Program-made: the position numbers and the translations under genes
Notes under the pieces: model-generated
Seen by the model: the letters and a program-made list of their open reading frames with translations, nothing else
What the model was told of the DNA's origin: nothing
Databases searched by the model: none
Assembly: GCF_964355755.1 (NCBI RefSeq)
Contig: NC_092673.1
Span: 11,628,948-11,692,947 of the forward strand
From: Antedon mediterranea
Lineage: Eukaryota; Animalia; Echinodermata
Length of the DNA stretch: 64,000 nucleotides
Direction: 5' to 3'
Shown: positions 1 to 11,956 of the stretch, piece by piece
How the letters are laid out: each line of letters opens with the position of its first letter
Position numbering within the stretch: the first letter of the stretch is position 1

Positions 1-649
1 TCATCCCAATGCGTTATATTGACAAACTTGAAAAAGTTAAAAACATTTACAGATCTAATAATTAAATTTCAAAATCATGATAGCAATTAGCATTTACCTA
101 TCTAAATTATTATCTTATTACGCCTCTCTATACTTAACCTCATGTCTCTTCAGGATCGAAGAAGACTTCGTCTTTGCCTTTGCACACATGTTTTATGGTC
201 GCAATCAAACTTATGTTATCTATTTATTTTTACAAAAATACAGTACAAAAAATCATACAATTCAAAAATTAATTAAAACATTTAATTAAAGTAAATCATA
301 AATACTCTATATGAACTTCTTGTTGCTGAAATAAATTTAATTAGCATCTCCATAAAATTATCGGTCAATATGCAGTGTGTTGCATGGACTAACAGCTGAC
401 TTTTCGTTTTGTTCCTGCAATTTCGATTTTTAGAAGTATTCAAAATGATAAGTAAGTTTTATCATGCAAATAGCATAGCATAACTCAATAATGGCAGGAG
501 TCTCCCGATATTTTGATTCATCCTCCGAACCAATATTGATAATTTCTACTTACCAGTTCTCTACTACTGTACTCTACTGAAGAAAAGCATATCAGTCCTT
601 AAAATGTTTATAAGTTCATAAAATTTAATCGATAATTCAGTTTATGAAA

Positions 650-940
650 TAATTTATTACCTCTTCAGTCAAAGACTGGTCTCCCAGAGGAACCAGTTAT
701 TTGAGTGTCTGTTTGACAGTGGATGTTTGTGTACACCGGGGTTTACACTCTACACGTCTTGAAAAACGTGCACTTCAAGAACCTAGTACATGAGCTATGT
801 ATGCTGGACCTACAATTGATAGTCCTTATGCTAGGAGACTCATTCTATCACCAGAACCATGGAGCCCTGAACCCTACCATTGCAGATTTTATGGATATGT
901 ATTGCGGTTACACTGTCTAACCGCTCAGCCACTCACTAGC
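650..940 (-). mobile_element. tRNA-derived SINE with Deu/Nin-type central domain (old copy)
   Basis: Minus strand reads A-box-like TGGCTGAGCGGTTAGAC, B-box-like GGGTTCAGGGC, then ATAAGGACTAT..GTAGGTCC...AAACCCCGGTG, collinear with the SINE at 48525-48880. 3' limit approximate. Confidence 0.75.
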
Positions 941-949
941 ATGCATTTC

Positions 950-978
950 ACTACTACTACTACTACTACTACTACTAC
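950..978. repeat. (CTA)n microsatellite
   Basis: Direct reading, about 9 units. Confidence 0.95.
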
Positions 979-1374
979 AGTACATTCCAAGAAAATCATG
1001 TCGAGATAATTCTCTGCCATTACGTTGGTTAATTTCTACAGTGTCACACAGGACAATATAATACAATGTATGATGAACATAATCACAAGTGGAAACCGAA
1101 AATGTAAGCATACGCAAAAGTGTCGAAAATGACCTTGACGACGGCTTCAGCTCGATGATCATCATTTTATTCTCAACTTTAACGTTTTGAAAACTCTATG
1201 CAACTCGTTGCAACTCAATGTCATCTGGAAAACAAGGAAACTAGGCCCAATCTGCTCAATTATAATTTAAACAATATCTATTCACACAATAAATATAAGG
1301 ATGAATAAAAGAAAAACAAAATGTCTTACAAACTAATAATCTAATAATGTTTTCCTTCTGTGTAATTTTAACAG

Positions 1375-1543
1375 GTATCTAGACAAAGTACAGTCAACTC
1401 TGCTGCCAAGTTGGATGTAAGAGCAGTAGATGATCTACCAGCTGATCAAGATGATCTTTTGGAATGGGTTGACAAAAAGTATCCAATTGCTACATATGCA
1501 AAGATTACCAATGCTAATCACATTAGTATTATGGTTAAGCAAG
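1375..1543 (+). CDS. TGFBR3: Betaglycan/TGF-beta receptor type III-like, first exon in window (orphan domain); gene is 5'-partial
   Basis: acag|GTA...CAAG|gtgaag. VSRQSTV...DLPADQDDLLEWVDKKYPIATYAKITNANHISIMVKQ parallels betaglycan VSEGSVV...HLLNWARKEYGAVTSF...ARNIYIKVGE. Confidence 0.85.
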
Positions 1544-2237
1544 GTGAAGCATTAATATTAAATTATTTCCTGGAAATTTGTTTTCCACAATAATTAAGAG
1601 TGTAATAATTTGTGTATAAGAACCTAATTTTTTTGAACAGAGATTAATACTATTATACTGTAGCTACTTGTGTTGAGCTGCCTTTTTTTTTGTTCCCGAT
1701 ACACAGGCACCAATATCAACGAAATGAACCCGATGTATTCATTTTTACTCTTATACTACAGTAAATATTTGTGTTAAAATTTATGCCTAGCATTATAAAC
1801 ACAATTCAAGACTCAGCATGTGGGCCTGTTTGATCTGTGCAATGAGAAACATTAGGCCTAGCCTTTTTTTTACAAATTAGTATGTCAAAGTTTGCATAAC
1901 TTTTAATATGTAGTAGATTTATTTGACTTGACTCTGATTATGATATAAACAGTATAATTTGACAACATTTAAGATAAATAACAGTTTTAAAGTTCTAATT
2001 TTAAGCTATGCCTAGGTGATCAATGTGAAACCTCTCTAATATCTGTACAACCCTTAGAATTTAAAAAAAAATCAAATCTGGTCTTAAGAAGTATTTTGGT
2101 ATGGTATTAAATAAACAAAAAAACCCCCATATCTTTGTATCTTTAATATTGATCTTGAATATCCAATGCCCCATAATATAAGTGACCAGTGGTTTTAAAT
2201 TTAGCTCATTTTACTTTATGTAGTTGTTTCTCTTTTA

Positions 2238-2368
2238 TACAGTAAGTGCATGTGGGTATATGTACAGTAAGTGCATGTGGGTATATGTACAGTAAGTGCA
2301 TGTGGGTATATGTACAGTAAGTGCATGTGGGTATATGTACAGTAAGTGCATGTGGGTATATGTACAGT
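2238..2368. repeat. 25-bp minisatellite, about 5.2 perfect copies (TACAGTAAGTGCATGTGGGTATATG)
   Basis: Direct reading. Confidence 0.95.
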
Positions 2369-2741
2369 TGGAGGTATGTCATTGGAATTAGATATTTAGT
2401 TTCATAGTATGCTATTATGCAACATTTCTTTTATAAATCTGTTTAGAAACTGAGGAAAAACAACAAACAGTATAATATGTTCGATATCAAATCAAACATT
2501 GAATGGAAGTACCAAAACAAAAATACAAATAGGCCTCTTAAAAATGAAGTTGTTTTGAGTTAATCCTAAGTTAAGCCACCAAAAATAATGATTACTGTAA
2601 ATGAAAAATCAGTGGAAGATCAATGGGGTAGCAAATGAAATCATGAACTATTTTTTAATAATAAAATGTTATGTTAGTGCACCCCCTACTAACTAATATT
2701 TACTCTTATTACTCACTGATTGTTCTCATATTATCCTACAG

Positions 2742-3055
2742 AAATGCATGATGATCAAAATAGTACATGTGTTGTATCAAATGATTGGAAACAGAGTGAA
2801 GTCTCAGCATTGTTTGTGGAAGAAATACCAATTGAAGGCTGTATTCTGCCTCAAAATATGAAGCAGGTTGATAAAGAAGTTTATGTTATTGAACATACAC
2901 AACATGAAGAAGAAACGTCTACAGTTACTGTGAATCTGCGAACTGTTCGCCAAGACACTTTTCAACATGATATTATACTGATATTGAAGTCAAATGATCC
3001 GTCTGTAATATGGGAGGTTCGTGGGTCTTCAATCGCAGGAAGTATTGCGATCCAG
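2742..3055 (+). CDS. TGFBR3: TGFBR3-like exon (orphan domain)
   Basis: cag|AA phase 1 matches the previous donor. ...EGCIL...KEVYVIE...IILILKS..VIWEV..IAGSIAIQ|gtaat parallels betaglycan EGCVM..EEVHIIE..LILILKC..VNWVI..VKGSLKII. Confidence 0.9.
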
Positions 3056-5012
3056 GTAATTTAGTTTTGTATTGTTTAAATTACATATATTCTTTTTGGC
3101 TTTGCCGCGAGAACAAAGGTTTTATCCATGGGTCTGTTTATACAATATTAAACGCATATTCAACACGCCTAGCCACAGATCGCTATATATGTCGACAATG
3201 CTAGTATAGGAACCAATTTGGTAACCATGTACACGCTGTACATCAAGGATATGCGAAAAGCACTGTGTATCATGTGGTAGCACAGTTGTTAACGATGTGT
3301 ATTATAAACAGTAACCTTTTTCCCAACACATTAAATCACATGCATTTAGTACATCGCTGAGGATTACATCATCAGTCACGTGATTACAGAATACGCGATT
3401 ATCAATTTAGGGATTAAACTAAATATATTTTTTGCCTACACAATGGTTGAAGTGAAAACCCCCCTACTTAATGGACTCTACCAATTTTGTTTACGATGAC
3501 CTGTCGCGCTCGAGAAGAAAGTCTCCTCGGCACACCACAAGGTCCTGACATGCACATTTTAACGGATACATCACAACAATTACTCATTTACATAGCAATG
3601 GACAAAAGATTCATAAAAAAAAAATTTCAAACTATTAATTTAGCGACCATCAGCGAGTGATAAACTGTGGACCATGACTGATGAGTATAGAGGGGGTAGC
3701 CTAGACGGATTTAGTAAGTAAATTTTTTTACAACTAGCAAAGTTTGCTAGTCGAAAAAAAAGTAAATTTCGTGCCCCGAGTATCATCAACATCCTTTAAT
3801 AAACTCATATTAATGCCGCCATATGCCATAATGCATTGAGTATCATATCAGGAAAATACTAGTCCAGATCCCTATGTCAAAAAAAGTGCCTTCGTGTGCA
3901 GATCATGGGGAAAGTGTAAACATTGTGTTTTATGAATATTTGACTCATGCTGGTTATAAAAACCCATGTTGTCAAATTTCATATTTGACCTCTGACCTCA
4001 ATTTGAATGTTTTGACCCATTGAAAACAAAATGGTCATATCTTTGCAACGCTTAGATTAAATGAAATAGGTTTAGTGTCAAATTATTTGGGAGATGCATA
4101 TTAATATTCCTTCTAATGGAAAAGTTTGTCCAAAAATGGCCGGAAGTATGATTTTTGGCATTTTTGACCTTTGACCTACATATCATATAACTCTGTAACT
4201 AACAGTTGGACAAACTTTAAATAGGGCTCAAATTAATCTGAAAGTATAAGTTTCTATTCAGTCTAATAAGAACTTTTTTACGAAAATGATCCAAAATCTT
4301 CTTATTGACCTTTGACCTGTACTGGTAGTACACATTCCTATAATCTCAAAGACTATTGGCCGTAAAAGGTTTTTTTTGGTGTAATTGTTCGAAAAATGTA
4401 CATTTATATGTTGCATAATAACAACATTTTATAGAAATGTTAAAGAATTTGATTTATGATCACTAACTTTGTAATTTATTAACATCACCAGCGTTTGTGT
4501 TACTGTTATATTAGCTGATTTTTAGCACTTCACATGAATTTATCAGAATTACTGTATGTGTATTTAATATAAAGTTTTATTTTTTTGATATAAAGAAAGT
4601 TTAATTATCTATCAAATAAGACCATTTTCAAATTATTATGGCTAAAACTTAATTAGATACAGGCAAAAAAGTGTATTTTTACTTGTGTGAACAGCGCCCT
4701 CAATCTTCATTTTTCCCACAAAATACTACATTTTATGTGGTTTCATAAACTTAGCTGGTTGTAACTTTTTAAAAGGTTTGTTGTCAGTGACGGATAACTT
4801 ACATACCCCTTCTACCTTATACTAAGTAAGTTTCTGAGATAAAATGACAAAAATATTTTTATAGCTTGATATTTTTCTTGAGGTTATTACATGGTACACG
4901 CTAAAAAAGATTTTGATGTTGTGCTAAAAATCCATCTTTTTGGTCCAGTACAAACAATCTTGTACAGATATTCTTTAAAAAAAAGCAATTTTATTAGAAA
5001 GAACCATAATAT

Positions 5013-7043
5013 TAGGTATCCCAATGTAAAATTCAAATTAATGATGGTACTTTTTCTTTCAGTTAATCAGAAGGAACTTACTGAACATAAACTTTTGCAA
5101 TTTAAATGATTGAAATCGGATTATCCATTCAAAAGTTATGGTCCATTAAAGTGCCCAAAAAACAGTGATTTTTGCTTGAAAAATGGCACTTTTTCTAATT
5201 ATATTTGAACCCATTTTTGAAGGGTTATAACTTTTATACTAATAATTTTAAAGTTCTTATTTTTTCCAAACCCATAGATACAACAGAGTTGTACAAGAAT
5301 TTTTTTTTTTGGGTGTCCTCGACATTTTTTTTTTTAGATATCGCCCTCCAAAATTCGTCCGAGGGCTTTTTACGCGTGATTTTCCCAATGTCTCAAAAAT
5401 GCCCAAAAAGTTCCTGTCTTTAAATGATTCATAACTTTTGAACCAATGTGTGAATTAACTTCTTTTTTTTTGCATTGCATAAAATGTAATATGTATTTTA
5501 GTAAGGTTATTTATATTGACAGGTAGGTAATTCTGAAATACAACATAAAATATTGTTAAAAAATGTTAAAATGTGAAAAAAAAAAATAATGCGTTAAAAA
5601 ACTGTGTGGGTATTGTTTCTTTTTATTAAATATTATTTTTCGTAAGTATACATTTTTTTTTAAATTCTAGTATTTAAAGTTATATTTATAATCATATATT
5701 ATTTTAATTGATTTTCGAACCGCCAAAAATAAGAATTAAGCCCGTGCTTATTATGTGTTCGATTCCATTTGGAGCGCCGGGCCGAACGTAGACTCGGCCG
5801 CGCCTACTACAAGTTAAGTTATATAGGCCCCTAAGACTAAGGTCTAAATAAAAGCCTGGCGCTAAATTCTGCCTAAGACTAAGAAATATCGGGAAGAAAT
5901 TTTTTATTTAACAAAGTAATTACCTCAATGGTATAATTGTAAAATGTTTAATTTTATTTCCCTTTCGATTATTCTAACCGAAAGTTGCACTTTGAATTGA
6001 AATATACGGAATAAAATTTAGGCCTAGAAACAGCGTAGACATACAACGGCAACACAGGCCAAAGCGCGTTTCGGCCGCCTACATAGAATGGCTTACGGCC
6101 GCTGCATAGCAAAATCAAAGCTTCTTAAATTTCTTCGGTACATTTCTTCCTAACGTACTTGCTTTATATAGTAGATTTATAAATATTCCACTTATTAAAT
6201 AATTTAATAAATCGGTAAAATTGACGTTTCGAAGCAAATATTCCATGAGAGGCGACATTTTTCGACATGCCTCGTGTGCGGCGAAGACTAGTTCAGAAAA
6301 TGGAACAGTCCACTGCAGGGGTTATCCAATCATTAATTAACGTGCTAATACATGCATACCATGCACATTGTCTGGGCGACGGTAATTTAGTAATAAGCGG
6401 AGAACTGAATCCCCCCCGTAAGAAAAATGGTAAACACTGATATTTTTGGTAGGGATTATTTTTTTCAGTGGTTGGTCTTGTTGGCCTCTTCGCACGAGGT
6501 CCACGCAAAGTCAAATAAAACGATGTGGTTTATCAAACAGAAATATAAATTAGCTTCAATTCAATACTAAATTAGCCAAATTTTGATAATGAGAAAGACT
6601 AAAAAATTCAATTTTTATCGTTAAAATTGACATTTGAGGCGGATGTACATAATAATAATAACCGATTTACATAGCAAAATAAAGAGTATTTAAAGCCTGA
6701 TAACATGCAACAAAAATTACTCCACCACCTATTATGGACCTCGTGCGATCGTGTTTTGAAAATGGGTAGGTGTTTTCCAAAGTTATTTTTAGCGCGCGGA
6801 TTTCGGCTCGCCGGCTTTTGTACCTCATTTTTAACTCGCGTTTTCTATTAAAATATTTAATAAACATAGATTAAAAATATATGAAAATAATCCCTTAAAC
6901 AAGATCTTTCCAGACATATAATTTTTATTCACATGTGTATATAAGAAATAGTATATTTTTAACTTCAAAGACACGTCACTTTTTGAAATTTCACGAACGT
7001 GTTAAAATCGCGGTAACGAAAATCCGCTTCATTGGGATACCTA
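5013..7043. mobile_element. Non-autonomous TIR DNA transposon with 7-bp TSD (hATw-like)
   Basis: 14-bp TIR TAGGTATCCCAATG...CATTGGGATACCTA. ATAATAT duplicated at 5006-5012 and 7044-7050. No transposase ORF. Confidence 0.8.
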
Positions 7044-7203
7044 ATAATATCTATCCAATAAAATATGAATTTTGTGTATTATCTGCTAGATAGCTATTAT
7101 TATTAAAAATATCATGCATAGCCATAATACGTGATTTTGGCCCTCTATTGTCAGAACCTCCCGTTAGCGGACACTTCTTCCGGTCCCGAGGGTGGCTGCT
7201 TAA

Positions 7204-7383
7204 AGGGTCTTTCACACCTGTTCCGGCACGCTTCCGGTCCGGCGAATCGAACATCAATGTTTCTTTTTCATGACTCTCCACGCGGCTATGAGCCAATCGA
7301 TATGCGCGTAGCCGCGTGAAAACGAAACATCGACGTTCGATTGGATTTTCCGGCGCCGTGCCGGAACAGGTGTGAAAGACCCT
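7204..7383. mobile_element. PIF/Harbinger-type MITE (180 bp) inserted in a Tc1/mariner-like terminus
   Basis: 27-bp perfect TIR AGGGTCTTTCACACCTGTTCCGGCACG, TAA on both sides. The host resumes as GGGAGGTTCAACTG|TA. Confidence 0.85.
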
Positions 7384-7463
7384 TAAGGGAGGTTCAACTG
7401 TAATAACATATTGTAGTGTAGACAGGAGGAGTTATTTCTTCATTAAGTGTTAAACAGTCTGAG

Positions 7464-9910
7464 TAGGTATCCCAATGAAAAAATTCAGATTAATTTTTTT
7501 ACTTTTTCTTTCAGTTAACCATAAAGAACTTAATGTAATGTAAATTTTGCAATTTAAATGATTGAAATCCGATTACCCGTTCTAAAGTTATGGTTATTTA
7601 AAGTGGTAAAAAAATATACGATTTTTTGCCTAAAAATGGTGTTTTTTGCAGTTGAAATTGGAAGCATTTTTAAAAGGTTATAACTTTTACAATAATTAGT
7701 TAAAAGTTTTGAATTTTGTTAAACCTATAGATATCACAGAGTTGTACAACTCTATTTTTTTTGGAGCCTCAACGAAACCTATTTTTTAAATTATTGGTCC
7801 GCAAAGTGGCATTTAGCGCCCATTTTTGCTGGAATTCCCTAAAAAAATGAAAAAACTGCAATTTTGCAATGATCTGTAACTTTTGAACTACTGTACTAAT
7901 TCATTTAATTTTTGTTGTACTTGTTAGAATGTAGTGTATATTTCATTAATAAATATATTTTAGATGTGTATATGAAAAAAAAAAAATTTGTAATTAGGTA
8001 TCCCAATGAAAAAATTCAGATTAATTTTTTTACATTTTCTTTCAGTTAACCATAAAGAACTTAATGTAATTAGCATTTTGCAATTTAAATGATTGAAATC
8101 CGAATACCCGTTCTAAAGTTATGGTTATTTAAAGTGGTAAAAAAATATACGATTTTTTGAAATTGGAAGCATTTTTAAAAGGTTATAACTTTTACAATAA
8201 TTAGTTAAAAGTTTTGAATTTTGTTAAACCTATAGATATCACAGAGTTGTACAACTCTATTTTTTTTGGAGCCTCAACGAAACCTATTTTTTAAATTATT
8301 GGTCCGCAAAGTGGTAGGAAAGCATTTAACGCCCATTTTTGCTGGAATTCCCTAAAAAATGAAAAAACTGCAATTTTTCAATGATCTGTAACTGTAGTGT
8401 ATATTTCATTAATAAATATATTTTAGATGTGTATGTGAAAAAAAAAATTTTTTTAATGGTGAAATTTAAAATTATAAAAAAAAAAAATGAAAAAGTATGT
8501 TAAAAACGGTGTGTACTGTTTCCTTTCTTTTACACTAATTTTCGGTAAGTATAATTATTAGAATATTTTAATATACTTTATATTTATAATTTCAATCATA
8601 AATACTATTATATATAACTTTTGAATACGTAAAACAAGATTTTAGGCCCATATGATTATGACACCAAATCTAAGCCGGGCTGCTAAGTAAGATATGCTCT
8701 TTTAAGGCAAACGCACAATATGGGTCAAAATAAACTCATTTAAAATAATCAATGTTAATTAAAACAATTAATTGTTTACCTGAATAGTATATATAACATT
8801 ATAAAAATTGTTTTCTTTTCGTATTATTACGTTATTAAATTTAAATACGGAGCTAAAGTTTAGGCCAAGTCACGGCTTACTCGCGATCAGTAGTCGCTCC
8901 CGTTAAAGTATTTCGGTCGCAGTTAATGACTTTCGGCCGCCGTATACAGAGTCAAATGTAACGTTGGTAAATTAGCTTAATAAATTTCCTCGGTACATTT
9001 TAACCTAACGCATTTGCATTGTATACTTGCATAATAAATCTTCCGCACATTACATCAATTTTAAGTTGTTAAATTAATGTGTAAAACCAGATATTCTACG
9101 ACGGAAAAGGACATGTCAATCTCCGACATCGCTGCTGTCACACATCTCGCGTCGAGCCGGTCGAACTCGAGCGAGGAAAACTAAACGACGTGTTCAAAAT
9201 ATGGAACGTACCATTCGCTGATAGGGTGCATTAATGTATTTAACGGAAAACGCCACAACAAACACCCGCGTATTTTAGAGTACAAATTTTACTCACTACA
9301 ATATTCACCGGATTATAATGGTTGGATCTTTAAAATTTTGAACGGGATTTACGCCTCATGCACCATTTTAAAATGTAGTTCGCACAATTACCATGCACAA
9401 TACGTTTGTAAACTATGTTTTATCGATTTCAATGTAGATTTAGCTATAATTTAATACCAAAATCCATAATATTTTTCCATAAACGGTGAATCAAAATTGG
9501 ATTTTTGTCACAAAAATTGACTTTTCGTTACGAAAAACCTATTTATAGAAGACGATTTTTGTATCAAATTAAAGCTTATTTAAAGCCTGATAACATACAA
9601 CAAAAATTAATCCGCTAGCTCCAATGGTAATCGTGCGATCATGTTTTGAAAACTGATGGGGATTTTCCGATGAGGTTTTCAACGCGCGGAAATCGGCTCG
9701 ACGGGATTTTAGAACCGTTTTAAAATCGCATTTTCTCGGCAACTAATTCGTTAATTTTAATTATAAACACACTTATACATAGATTAAAACAAGTACTTTC
9801 AAACAATATAAATTTTGTAAGTATTAATTAAGATTGAACACGATTTATTTACCATCAAAGTCATACTACTTATTCGAATTTTTTTAATATTTCAAAAGTG
9901 ATACCCCTCT
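7464..9910. mobile_element. Second hATw-like non-autonomous element with tandemly duplicated left end
   Basis: Starts TAGGTATCCCAATG, repeated at 7995 (about 530-bp duplication). Collinear with 5013-7043. GTCTGAG at 7457-7463 and 9911-9917. Right TIR degenerate. Confidence 0.7.
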
Positions 9911-9985
9911 GTCTGAGTCTGAGTCACAATAATATTAAACTAGCATTTACAGTATACCTGCATGGTCTTTTTCTGCTTTAATATG

Positions 9986-11040
9986 TGGTTTTATATAACA
10001 CCTAAATAAATTCCTGTCATTTGATTGGACGATTGTGGGTCACATGGCGTGCAATAGTACGCACTATTAAACGATCGTTTAATAGTACTTTTTGAAACAT
10101 TTTTGTGTACGAAAAAAAAAACGTCTCGCAGATGAAAAAAAATCTAGTACACAAATTATCCTATGATATGACTCTGTACTGTGAAATACAACAGCGCCAC
10201 CTGTCGTCTGGCCTCAGTTTCGTTTCTCTTTTAAATATTTGTGTACGAAAAAAAAAACGTTTCGCGGATGAAAAAAAATCTAGTACACAAATTACCCTAT
10301 GATATGGCTCTCTGTACTGTGAAATACAACAGCGCCACATGTCCTCTGGTCTCAGTTTCATTTGTAAACACCACCGCAAGATATGCAACAGCAGCAGATA
10401 TTTGTGTACGATTTGGACATACAGTATATGTACTAATTTCATTCAAAAAGGAATTTAAATTAGCTTTAGATCATTTTTAGGATTTTGATTAATTAATGGG
10501 GACATCCCTACAAGACGTGGAATTGTTGGAAAAACCATAATTAGCCTAGATAAGTTCCAATTGTCTGTCGAAGTTTTGCCTTTCAGCCAAGCTAGTACTA
10601 GGCTACTAGGTCTAGCCTAGGCCATGCTAGTATTAGGCTAGGCCTAGTCTAGGCGTTTTAGCCTTGCTAGGCCTAAGATTGTTTGGTCGTTTGTTGACAT
10701 AATTAACACTAAAGTAGGTGTGTTTATAAAATCCATATAAATATAACATTTAATATAATATTAAAAACCAAACGTTACTGTTTTTTAATCAATGTGAATG
10801 AAATGTAGGCCTTTGGCTAGGGCTACCTTACCTTATTTGATTCAAATGACAGGAATCTATTTAGATGTATTGTTATATAAAACAAATAATGAATGTTATA
10901 TTCGTGTAATGGTACAAATAATGGCATTTGGTGAATGATGAAAGGTTAATATCAACTTGGCTATCGCCTCGTTGATATATAACCTTTCATCATTCACCTC
11001 ATGCCATTATTTGTACCATTACACTCATAAACATTCATTG
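9986..11040. mobile_element. Non-autonomous element with subterminal inverted repeats and a terminal 150-bp palindrome (Helentron- or Crypton-like)
   Basis: IR 9988-10024 vs 10842-10883, hairpin 10888-11039, internal direct repeat about 10100-10225 / 10237-10360. Superfamily uncertain. Confidence 0.6.
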
Positions 11041-11956
11041 TATGTATAATATTACATAGCCTATGTACATATGTGAACGTAATTGGTTTAAACTGCATCA
11101 CATGACTACTGCTGCGAGGATCATAGATCGTATGTCCTCGAGTACGATGATATTGACTGAGTAATTTTCGTGTGATTATCGTGTCCCTGTCATTAAACAT
11201 ATAAAATCCAGTAAATTCTCGAGGAGTTTGATATTGACTGTGTAATTTGCCTGTGGCAACACTCACATTTGGCGATAAATAAAAGTCATCATCACGAGAC
11301 TAAGTTTTACACGCCGCGCCATGAAACTTGCCCTCATTTTGTTATTTGCCCTCTATAGTTGATGAAAGACTGTTTGTGATTGAAAAATTGGAATTTCTTC
11401 TGTTAATTGACAAGACCTAGTAAATATTTTATTGCCAAGGAATTATTAATTAATAATTAATTAATTAGTAGTTATTTATTGCCTTTTTTAAAATTGAGCA
11501 TTGTAATAACGTATGTGGCTCATCAAGAAACATTTATGTGATTCAGCTGTTTCGGAGGAGATACATAAAATTACGCTACCAATTTATATTAGCATTTATA
11601 TATTTCCAATTAATTAATATAAATTAGTTAAATTTTGTTGTTTAAGAGAGAAACATAGAATAACTTTGAATAACTTGACTCAAATGTTACTACCACCACT
11701 AATGGCCATGTTGTAGTTGCAACCCGCAAATCCAAGCCCGTATGAACAGGGTGTGCGGCCTAGGATAAGGCTTACCATTGTCGCTTGTATGAAACGCATT
11801 TAAAAACAGGAATGAAGACACTTTATACAAAACAAATTTTATGAATTTAAGAGTTTAAAAAGAAAAAGCGATTTAAAATCTTCGGAAAATACCCACAACC
11901 GAGTTATTTTCAAAACAGTGTCTTGTTGTCTAGCTTGCCCCCATGTGAATGCTGAC

